Below are positions 40,901 through 52,900 of a stretch of 64,000 bases of DNA, piece after piece. A program made the translations under genes and the position numbers. The notes beneath the pieces are model-generated. The model made no database searches. It was not told where the DNA came from and was given only the letters and a program-made list of their open reading frames with translations. Position 1 is the stretch's first letter. Each line of letters opens with the position of its first letter. The stretch is from Euprymna scolopes (lineage: Eukaryota), in the NCBI GenBank assembly GCA_053919585.1, contig CM132797.1. The stretch is one strand, 5' to 3'.

Positions 40901-43900
40901 TTTTTTTTTAAATATTCAATACTGCAATTCATTTATATACTATTAGGCATGTTAATAATTTTAAGTTTTCTTTTCTTTCACAAACTTTCCTGATTACTAA
41001 AATATCCAAATTTTGCGTCTTATATCAAAATAATTCTGTTGCTATCTTCTCTTTATGATTTGAATTTGCACCTGTATGTGTTCACTACACAAGATGTGAT
41101 TGTCTGCTCGTTATGCTTTTGTGGTCTCTGTTGATGCTGCAAAAGATGAATTCTTTCTTCAAATATAATTTATAATGTATGTTTGCGCCTCCAGCTACTT
41201 ATGTAGGTAGGGAAGGTGTATATATGTCACCTGCAAGAGTTCTTAGAACATGAAATACAATACAACGGCCAATGTGGAGATACAAAGATATAGCTTTTCT
41301 CATGGTTGGAACTGTTTCATGTCACCTGATTCCTGGACCTGGAAATAACTGAGGTACAACCACAATGCGATGAGGTTTATTTATTTATTTAATTTTTTTT
41401 TTTTTGAGAATCTTTATTCTGATTCCTCCGAACGGTGGAAAAACCTCTTCACAAGTGACCAGCTATTTCCTCTTCATCCCAACCATTACGCTTCTTTTTT
41501 TTTTTTTTTTTTTTTTTTTTACATAGGCATCACCACATTATCAAGGCCAAGAGGCCACTCAAGGATAAGGGTTAAAGAGTGTACAGTAGAAATTGGACAA
41601 TATAGTAATTATTAGTAATGAAAATTTGGTAAATTTGATAACTTATATGGAACGGCTCATCAAGAACTTATTTACGTTAGACTTGAAGACAACCATATTG
41701 TAGTCAGCCGGAAAGCAGGAAAACGTAAGACAATTCCACAGGCATGCAGTTCTAAGAAAGAAGCTTTGTTCATGGAATCTACGTTTAGGTTTAGGCACAG
41801 ATAAAGAGTGGGGGGAATTATTGATAGTGTTTACAACTAGATGAGTGTTTCTTGTGAAAGTTTGGCGAGGGGGGACCATAGATTGAAGCTCAGTCGAACA
41901 CTTTCCATGAAAATAACGATACATCAGAGACAAACTCGCAACATCTCTTCTGTGAGATAGAGGTTGCAAGGAAGAGAAAAGGACATCTCCTACGAGGCTA
42001 CGAAGTCTATTTTGAACTCTATCAAGGCAGGCCAAGTCCTTTCTAGCTTTTTCTTCATTCTTCACTTCTGAAATCAATCATCTCGCAACTCTGGCCGAGA
42101 TTTGAACCAACTGGACTGCAAAAACTGACCGATTCCAGTCCGACTAGATGCTCTCTGACTGACTAGAAATGCATGTGCACCCTCTATTATATTAAGGTGT
42201 ACGTGTGGGATGATAACATTGTTAACCAGTTCGCACTCAAAATGCACTGACCTACCTCGTGACCCCTACTAGCACACAGGTACGTGTCATCAATCGATGT
42301 CAACAAGTTTGAAGCCTGTCAGTCTTAACCTTTTGACCTCTCTGTACTTAACTTGAACATAAGCAAGTAGGTTCAAGCTTGTACCACGTTAACCGCGTTT
42401 ATGACACGCAACGCACTGACCACGCTAGAATTTCAACATGGTCAAGAAGATGTAGGAGAATAATGGCATATGAGTTTTGGGTAAGGTAGTTAGCCAGGAG
42501 GGGCTGGAATAATGTAACACAACAAAAGACGTCTGCAGAAGGCCAGAGATTTCAAAGGCGAAAATGTTATAAATATAGACATCATGATGAGGAATGCAAT
42601 CTGAAATATGCAAAATTGCAACGCCATCTCCACCAAGAAAATGGTTTATTGCAGAGAAGGAAGGGATGTTCTCAACTTCTTTACTAACTTCCTGGATATG
42701 AAATTAGAATTGCCTTTGATGGAGAAATCAGCTAAGGAAACAATATTTGAGATGTAAAGGAGAACTTTAATGAAATATTCGAATATCTATGGATCTCATA
42801 TAGAAATCAAGTGTTAACTCCAGGAAGGTGACCCCTTGATTTCTGAGAATTTCAACAGAAATAAAATGAAACAAAACGTTGATAATCCTTGAAGTTTTAA
42901 TCTACAAGTCATTTGAATGCGTGAAGTAATTTTCTGTAGAATAACTGAAAGGTTAAGTTATCATCATCATCGGTTTAATGTCTGTTTTACATGATGGCAT
43001 GTGTTGGACAGCTTTTAGAAATTGACTTTCACGTATCAATTTCCCATATGTTTATTCCTTGACCTTTTCCTGCCACCTCAACGGTTACTAATGCAACAAC
43101 TTTCATCGATTCTTTAAATACAGCCTTACCATTAAAATCTGTTCTACACACATCTTCCTAAAATGTGCAGATTTGACATCCATCATATCATTCTTGTGTC
43201 ATTTCTTTCCATGCAACGCATGTCCTCAACACTTTCTTTATAGGTTTCATTCCCATACATTATCACACTGTGTACACGTGCCTGATAGACTTTTCTCTTA
43301 GTCGATGATGACAACGCTCTGCTGGTTAGTAGGGCTGTGACAACAGCATATTCTTTTCATTGTTTTGACTCCTGAGTATATATCCGTTAATATCTTATGT
43401 TTTTATATATAGTGATGTGGTTCTCGGTTGATTGACTGTGTTTTAGTGTGTCGGATATATACTTGAGAGTCAAAAGAATGAAAAGAATATTCTGTTGTCA
43501 CAGCCTTAGCAATGACAGAAATTCCTTGAACTTCATCCACTCCTAACTCTTGTAATCATACCAACATCAGCTTCTCGTTGTGATCCACTGCTATCATCAA
43601 GATGTTTGTAATATTGATTGAACATCGTCCCCATTTAAACATTAATGTTGTTGATGATTTGTTTGTGTATGCTGATATTTTCTATGTATTTGATGCTGAA
43701 ATATGTGCACCAATAAGCTTCCTATTTGAATATGGGAAACATCTCGGTGTGGATGAGAATTGAATCTGAAGAAAGCCAAAAGATGCATTGATTGAAATGG
43801 TTGCATTGAGAATAATAGTCTGAAGAAACAAAAATAAAATTGACTTTATTTGAAAATCCGCAACTTGTAACTGACTTTTTATTGTTTCTTTTTAGTTTCC

Positions 43901-46900
43901 AGAGACCTTTGCTCGTCATTCTTGACCGAAATTTGGATTTAGTTTCTCTGTTGCACCACACCTGGACATATCAAGCCCTTTCCCATGATGTCTTGGTAAT
44001 TATGCAAATCTTTAAATATATTTTTTTCTCTCTCCCTCTCTTTCCTTACTCTATATTTATCTCTTCTCTTGTCTCTCTTTCCCTCTCATTCTCCCTCTTC
44101 CCCTCTCATTCTCCCTCTTCCCCTCTCATTCTCCCTCTTCCCCTCTCATTCTCTTGACCCACTCTATCTTTCCCTCTCTCTTTCTCTCCCTCAATCCCCT
44201 GTTTCTATCACCCTCTTTCTCTGTATCTATATGTATCTCTATTTTTATGTGAACTAGCTTCAAATTACAAATTTCCTCAGTAGTCAACATGGATGGTGGG
44301 ATTTTTTGTGCATCTACAAGTAAGTTTAGTGCTTGAAAAAAAAAAAAAAAAAGAAGCAAATCAACTTTTTAAATTGAACTTTTGAAAACAAATTCTTAGT
44401 AAATATGAAAGTTTTCTTCATGAAATGTCTTCTTATTGATCTTTCTTTTATCGCTTATGTAGCTGGTGTCAGTTTAGGATCAAATAATCAGAAAACAAAT
44501 CTTTTTATTATTTTGCTGAACTCCATGAAAACATTGCGCATAATCTTTGATATTAATTGTCCATATATTTGCATATATCCCACTTGGGGCTCATGGAAGA
44601 TATTAACTTCTCAAAAGTGATTATTTAGCACGTCTTGTAGGGCTAAAGTCAATGCTGGAAAAGCAAGAGTAAGATCGCTTCAGGTTCTGCTAAGAATATA
44701 ATAAAAATTACTTGAAATTTCTACCTGATTGTGGCTGATGAAGCAATAAGTCCTGTGGATTAAATAAAGGTTTCAGTTGGAAATTCCATTGCTGAGTTGC
44801 ACTAGACATATATGGAAAACGTTGGAGTTACATTGTCATAATAAAGCTAAAGTTAAGAACAATTGTCCAAATAAATGAAATATTTTATTTTTAAACAACA
44901 GGATCTTCATTCTGTTGAATATTTTTTTGGTGATGATTCATTCATAGTTAGATTCATTGGTTTTGATCTTCTGATTAAATTGTACCCCCCCCCTTCTTTT
45001 TATTCCTTTGAACTTTGAACTCTGCAGATCTTTCAAGCTGCACTTTTTGACTAGTAAAGGGCAGACAAGACATTGTATGGTCTTCCTTTCCAAATTTGCT
45101 GATGGTTGTAGCTCAATCTGGTTATAGTGACTTTTCATCATCCTTTTTCTGTTTTCAGGAAATTGAGTCTTTCACTGAACTTAAAGTGCCTCTGAACTAG
45201 AAGGGAGGATTTCAGGAGGAGGTATTTCCATGTCAGCAGAAGTTATTCTCTATCCATTTGGTCCATAACTGCAATCTGGTCTCCTGAGATGTTAAGAGCT
45301 GAACATGGCTGAAAAAGTTTCTTCTGACTTCAGTCATTGAGACCTTGAACGAGATAGTGTTCATCAATGGAGATGTTTGTGATCTCCACTTGGTAACTTT
45401 CCGTCTCGCATCTGCAGATGAAAAGATAAAAGTTGAAGTAGGCTTCAGTCAACTACTAATTAAGCCGCAAGGGTTTTACTTGTTTTTTTTTATACTCTGA
45501 TCAAGACATATTGCAACTTGGAATATAAGGGGCTACTATTTGGGGTCGTGTCTAACAAAAGATTATGGGGAGTTGAGTAGCAGGATATCTGTTCATGTAA
45601 CATTTAAACTTCTGCAGATTAGAATAGTCAGCAATAGGGAGGAAATTTCAAAGTCTAGCAAACCAAGATTTATGTTGAATCTAATTTATTGTCACAAGTT
45701 TAGCTTTTCTAAACAGGGCATGCATACTCCGAAGAGGAATTGTACTCACTGTTTTAGACTCCTCATCATCAGCAGGAGAGTTTTAATCCTTAATTCATCT
45801 TAAAATAAACTTGTACTAAAATAGAAACTGTCTTAATTTTCCTCTCAGGATTTGTTAGTTTTCTGAAGAAACTTTTTTGCTGTGATTAAAGACTTACTTA
45901 CATCAATTAGTCTTCTTTAAAATTTTGATTATAGGGCCAATTATAGGGAAGAGTTTTATAAAATAGTAGAATACTATTTAACGACTATAACATTGAGCAA
46001 TTAAGTATTGATGCTTTATAAGTGTAATCGCATAATTATAAAATCTTATTGGTTTTATTTTATTAATGTGATTTTATGATTATCTTTTTAAATCTTAACA
46101 GGAATTTAATCTTAACAAAGTGGAAATTGAAGAGAACTCTGAAGTGTTATCACCGAGTGGCAGCACACGGCCGAGAAAGAAGAAAAAAAATTACGCTTTT
46201 AGTTTTTCTGATAAATTTTGGCAGACACATAAAGGAAGGTAAGAAAATACATTTAAAATAGATTCATCATCATTGTTATAACGTTTATTTTATGTTGAAT
46301 GGATTTTAAAAATTGACTTCACAACTAACCTTTCTCTGGCCAGGTCTTTATCCCACTTTCTCTTAAATATATTTTTATACCCACCATGTTTTCTCATGCT
46401 AACCCACCTTGCTGCCTAAACTTTTCTACTTCTACTAACGCAAGCACTTTTACCCATTTTTTTTCAATGTGACCAAACAAACAAAGTCTCCTGGTCTACA
46501 CACATCTTCCTCCGAGTTCATCAAATTGAAGCCTTTTTAAGGAGAGTAGAAAATGGATCTTGGGTTTACTTTCAGCAGCTGCGTAACTTTCATTTCCCTT
46601 ATTTTGTCCTTTAGTCCTCACATTCCACGAGTGATGTTTCTGACAAAGAAGAAAGAATTGCTGTTTTCTGGGTCAGACTCTATTCCATCTAACACTTATC
46701 GTTGGCAAGTTTTTGACTTTGAAGCAATATTTGATTTTTATTTATTTTATTTTTTTCAGCTCTTTACATCAAGTGGTTACATGCCTTGTCTAGAGTGTTT
46801 TCCATAAAAAAGACTCACCTTACATATCTATTGCATCATTTTCATATCATTCCTCTCTATGCAACACATATCCTCAACCCTCACTAGTGAGGTGTCACTT

Positions 46901-49900
46901 CCATATATCATCACATTGTGTACTTGTGCTTGATAGACTTTTCTCAAGAGAAACATCTCTCGTAGAAAACACTCCTCCCTATGTTATATGACGAATCCTC
47001 AAATTATAGGAACTGTGTGAAGCGACCTGGTACCGGTGATGGAGATAAAGTGGCAACAAGTCACTTACAAATATTTCTTGGAAAAATAAATAAAAAATAC
47101 CGTCAAATTGGCGTAAAAAAATAATGATGTAGATTTATTTATCGGAGAGTTACATGGAGTAGAAGTTTATTATCTAGTGAGTTCTTAGGGTAGAAATCCT
47201 TCTGACTGAGGAAATTGTTTTTTTTTAATAGTTGGGTTAAGGAGTAAAGGTTATTAAAAAGAGGAGCTCATAGAATAGTTAAAATCCACATGGGTTTAGA
47301 GTTCATGGTAAGAGCATGTGTTGAAAACATGTGTTTTTTAAAATAAAAGTTCATGGGAGTAGTTAAAAGTTTGTTCGTTACAAATTGTAACAAGAAAATG
47401 CTGCGGGGCTTTCCTTACGTTAGCTGTAAGTGTTGCCATTTTTTTAGGGTCCTTTTTCTGGGTGTCTTAGTCCTGGATAATTACATATTTTGTACACACG
47501 TGGTGAAGGCTTTGCTTAGTGCCGCGAAGGGAAAACCCGTCCTACCATGTCGAACTCTAGCCTTCTCAAGAGGAAGGGAGAAGTCCCTTATTTCCTGTCA
47601 CATGATTTTTTTGAGAACCGGAAACGGTGACTTCTAAAAAATGTTCCTTGTCAAGTTTGGTTCCGGCATAGTTGCTACATGTGTTAACCCTAACTCCCAA
47701 AAATATATCTGTTAAAAACATTCGACATTGTTTTGCTTTGATACCTGTAATCCCAGACGTTATGACCTTTTCGCTTGCGCACAAGTTAAAATGTTAATTA
47801 ACTCCTTTTGTGTTACAAATGAATAAACGTCGGGGTTTACCATTCTTATTGTGGACGGAGTCGCCTTTAGATGTGTAGTAAGCGATCTCATCCTCTATTG
47901 TTACGTATCAGATTGAAGAATAAAGTCACATGGTCTCGTTGCCATGAAATGAAGACACGAAGTATGCCGAAATATAATTAAAACCAAAGTACATCTAATT
48001 ACAAATTAAAGATTGTAACAGTTCACAACAAAAGATGATTTATTAGTAATGTTACTTGCGTGAGTCTTTGATGAGAGGTCAAATGCCGGTTTAGTTGTTT
48101 GCCAAAACCGGGACGTGTTTTTCATCACATCTGCATTTAATTGCAAGGTCCAGCAAAAAGAGAATGAATGATACAAACTGGAAGTGAAGGTGGTTATATC
48201 GCCCCCTTGTGGCAAAGACTAATATTGCCAGAGTTAAAGGGCAATAATCGTGTTTGCCTTAAGGTCATCCGTTTGTATTTGTGTGTCCACTTGTGTCGAA
48301 AACTCGGTTCCCATAATTGTGTCCAAAATATTCATCTATATTTACACACGTAAAAAAAAAATATTTATCTATATTTACACACGTAAAAAAAAAATATTTA
48401 TCTATATTTACACACGTAAAAAAACATATTTATCTATATTTACACACGTATAAAAAAATATTTATCTATATTTACACACGTATAAACAAAATATTTATCT
48501 ATATTTACACATGTATAAACAAAATATTTATCTATATTTACACACGTATAAACAAAATATTTATTTATATTTACACACGTATAAACAAAATATTTATCTA
48601 TATTTACACACGTATAAAAAATATTTATCTATATTTACACATATATAAAAAACATTTATCTATATTTACATACGTATAAAAAACATCTATATTTACACAC
48701 GTATAAAAAATATTTATCTATATTTACACATATATAAAAAAAATATTTATCTATATTTACACACATATAAAAAAATATTTATATTTACACACGTATAAAA
48801 ATATATTTATCTATATTTACACACGTATAAAAATATATTTATATATATATATATACACGTATAAAAACATATTTATCTTCATTTACACATGTATAAAAAA
48901 ATATATTTATGCATATATAAAAAAAATACATTTACACACATATAAAAAATACATTTACACACATATAAAAAATACATTTACACACATATAAAAAATATAC
49001 ATTTACACACATATAAAAAAATATTTATATTTACGCACATAAAGAAAATATATTTACGCACTTAAAAATATATTTACACACATATAAAAAAATATATTTA
49101 CACACATATAAAAAATATATTTACACACATATAAAAAAATATATTTACACACGTATAAAAAAATATTTATATTTACACGCATATAAAAAAATATTTATAT
49201 TTACACACATAAAAAAATATATTTACGCACATAAAAATATATTTACGCACATAAAAAAATATATTTACGCACATATAAAAAAATATATTTACACACATAA
49301 AAAAATATATATTTACACACATAAAAAATATATATATTTACACACATATAAAAAAATATATATTTACACACATAAAAAATATATATTTACACACATATAA
49401 AAAATATATATTTACACATATAAAAACTGTTTACACACATAAAAAAATAAATTTACACACACATATAAAAAAATATATTTACACATATATAAAAAATATA
49501 TTTACACATAAAAAAAATATATTTACACATATAAAAATATATTTACATACATATAAAAAATATATTTAAATACATATAAAAAATATATTTACATGCATAT
49601 AAAAAATATATTTACATACATATAAAAAAATATATTTACACACATATAAAAAATATATTTACACACATATAAAACATATATATTTACACACATATAAAAA
49701 ATATATATTGACACACATAAAAAAAATATATTTACACACATATAAAAAAATATATTTACATACATATAAAAAAAATATATTTACATACATATAAAAAATA
49801 TATTTACATACATATAAAAAAAATATATTTACATACATATAAAAAAAATATATTTACATACATATAAAAAAATATATTTACATACATATAAAAAATATAT

Positions 49901-52900
49901 TTACATACATATAAAAAATATATTTACATACATATAAAAAAATATATTTACATACATATAAAAAATATATTTACACACATATAAAAAAATATATTTACAT
50001 ACATATAAAAAATATATATTTACATACATATATAAAAAATATATGTTTACATACATATAAAAAAATATATTTACATACACATAAAAAAAATATAGACACT
50101 TTATTCTCTTCTTCACAACATTTTTTTTTTGTTTTTTAACAAACTGTATTTTTCGGAATTTTTTCATTTTCTTCTTTTTCCCGCTTTTTGCTATGATCGA
50201 AACAAAAACTGAACTTTTGACCCTGAAAGGTCAATTTTCCTTTTGCATGCCTTTCTATAAATGGTATTAAAAAGATATTTAATATATACTCCAGAAATGT
50301 CACCCATTGTGATTGAGTTAGATTGTTTGAATAAGAAAGAGACTTTTTGCAAATCCACTTTTTCCTCATTCAAAAAAAGAAATTCTAAAAAAAAAAGGAA
50401 AGAAAATAAAATATTTGCATCTTGATGCACTTCCAAAACAATGTTTATTCAAAGTTTTTAGATTTTAACTTTAAAGCTGCTTACAAATTTCTAACTTTTA
50501 TTCTAAATTTTTTACAATGCACCATACACACACTTTAAAGCTTACTGGAGAATTCTAATAGAACTGCGTGCATCTACACCTAGCACAACCTTGATTCAAC
50601 AATATGAATGATGGACACATTTTATACTTGTGAGAAAAACAAAAGAACTCTTTCTTTCTCTGAAGAATGATTTCATCCGAAATTAATAAGAAATATTTCA
50701 GTTAAAAAATTGAAGAAACAAAATAAAATATTTGCATCTTAACGTGTTTCCAAAACAATTTGTTTATTCAAAGTTGTAAATAGAAATGAAATTTGTCAAG
50801 ATAAGAGAAAGCTCAATATACTACTAGATAGAGCAATAAAAACAAGAAAATAAATGATGAAAATAAAAATTTAGTAAATTACAATATTTATTAAATCATC
50901 GAATATTCAAAACCAGAAATAAAAAAATTATTTTTCACGCGTGAATAGAAGAATAAAAAGCAGTAAAAAAAGAAAAAAAGCATAAATTTTAAAATATATA
51001 AAACTAGCAGGGAGGGGGGGTACCCGGTGTTGCCCTGGTTTTTAGAGGCGTGTGTGGTTGGGGGGGGGGGTAAAATGAAAACAAAGCGAAGTCATAACCC
51101 TGTTTAAATATTATAAAAACAATGTTAAAACTATTAAAAAAAATTCTGTAAAAAAAACCCAAAAAAAACAATTAAAAAAATGAATGTGATGCAATACGAA
51201 CGGTCCGGCGGTGCCCGTGTGTTTGAAAAATCCCCAAAAAGTTTGAAAGGGGGTTTCAAACTTGAATCATTAAGGCAAAAGCGCCAAAAAAAAAATAAAA
51301 ATAAATAAAGTGATGAATTAACTAAAAAGTGAAATAGGTCAAATATCAATTCCGCAATGAAGTTTGTTTTGGTTTAGTTTCAGTAGTCACATCACACTCG
51401 AATTCTAAATGAATTAGTCGTTAAAACCAGAAGTAAAATCCGGTTAGTCTCGGAGATTGCATCTTTCAGTAACGAAAAAAAAGCAAAAAGAAAACAATAA
51501 TAGTAATTTTTTTATTTCTATTTTATGATGGAAAAAACAGCATAAATCAGGGAAAAAAAGATTTAAAAAAAAAAAAAAAGGCATAAGTAACCGAGTACAA
51601 TTCCAAACTGGTGTGTTTCCTCGTACTGTTCCTTGTGAACGCATCTGCTGCGGTGTAAATGGAGAGAGGGGAAAGGAGGAATCTAATAGAGAGAAAAGAT
51701 GTTGCAACTTTCATTGAATCTAAGCGATTTTGACAGTGGACTCTCACCAGAAAAAATATAGGAATGTACCATTGTCGAGGAACTGTACTGTATATCGATA
51801 CTCTATGGCTGACTGGGATAGCTTCCGTACATTCATATCTGACCTACATCTGCATTCCATGTTTAAAAAGGATGTGTCCTCTATAGTATCAGACCTGACC
51901 GAATGGTTAATTGTAGGCATAGATCGATTCATACCATCCAAAAAATTCCAACAAAAACCTAACAGCCAGCCATGGTTCTCCCCTGAATGTGCTGCTGCCA
52001 TCACGCACAGAAATCACTTTTTCCATAGCTACCAATGTAATAGATGTACTGAGACTAAAGCTGCTTTCAGGACTGCCAGCAACCACTGTAAAAGAGTCAT
52101 AAAACATGCAAGAGAGCTATATGGTCAGTATGTTAAATCCAAAGTAGCTGAGCAGCAGCTTGGTTCCCACCAGTTCTGGCAAATAGCAAACAGGATCTTG
52201 AACAGAAGCGTGCATTCTATCCCAACTATCATCAATGGACCTGAGGTCATCTTATCAGCATCAGACAAGGCCAGACTATTTGCCAAGAACATTGTAGCTA
52301 ATTCTACCCTATGCGACAATGATCATCAACTCCCTGTATTTCCTCCTATAACAGATAACACGCTATGCAACATACAAATATCTGTGCGTGAGGTCGCCAA
52401 GCTAATCAAGAACTTTGATTCCAGTAAAGCAACTGGCCCTGACGGCATTCCAGTTATAGTGCTGAAAAAGCTCCAACCAGAACTTGCCCCCATACCAAAC
52501 TGTTTAAGCGTTGCCTTAAGGAGAAGTGCTTTCCAACACCCTGGAAAGCCTCATCAGTATGCCCTGTATTTAAGAATTCAGGTGAAAAGTCATCTCCCTC
52601 TCAGTACAGACGGATAAGTCTCCTGTGTGGCATGAGTAAGTTGTTGGAATCCATATTAAATAAAGAAGTAGTCAACCACCTCAACAGAAACAACCTTCTT
52701 AGTGACATGCAATATGGTTTCCGCTCTGCAAGATCTACAGCAGATGTGCTAACGGTTATATCACATAGGATTAGTGAATCTCTTGACAAAGGCTTCCTTT
52801 CCAGGGCAATTGCTCTTGACATATCAAAGGCCTTCGATAAGGTATGGCATAAAGGTCTACTTCACAAGATTTCCAGCTACGGTATAACTGGAAATGTTTT

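Noticed and set aside
43840-44157. 105-aa ORF as a standalone gene
   Set aside because: Only 43896-43995 is coding (SCFD1 exon 9); the rest is intronic read-through into a CT-rich repeat.
45000-45430. Coding-looking, more GC-rich block in intron 9
   Set aside because: No sustained ORF or identifiable motif; probably a decayed TE fragment, and not needed for the SCFD1 reading frame.
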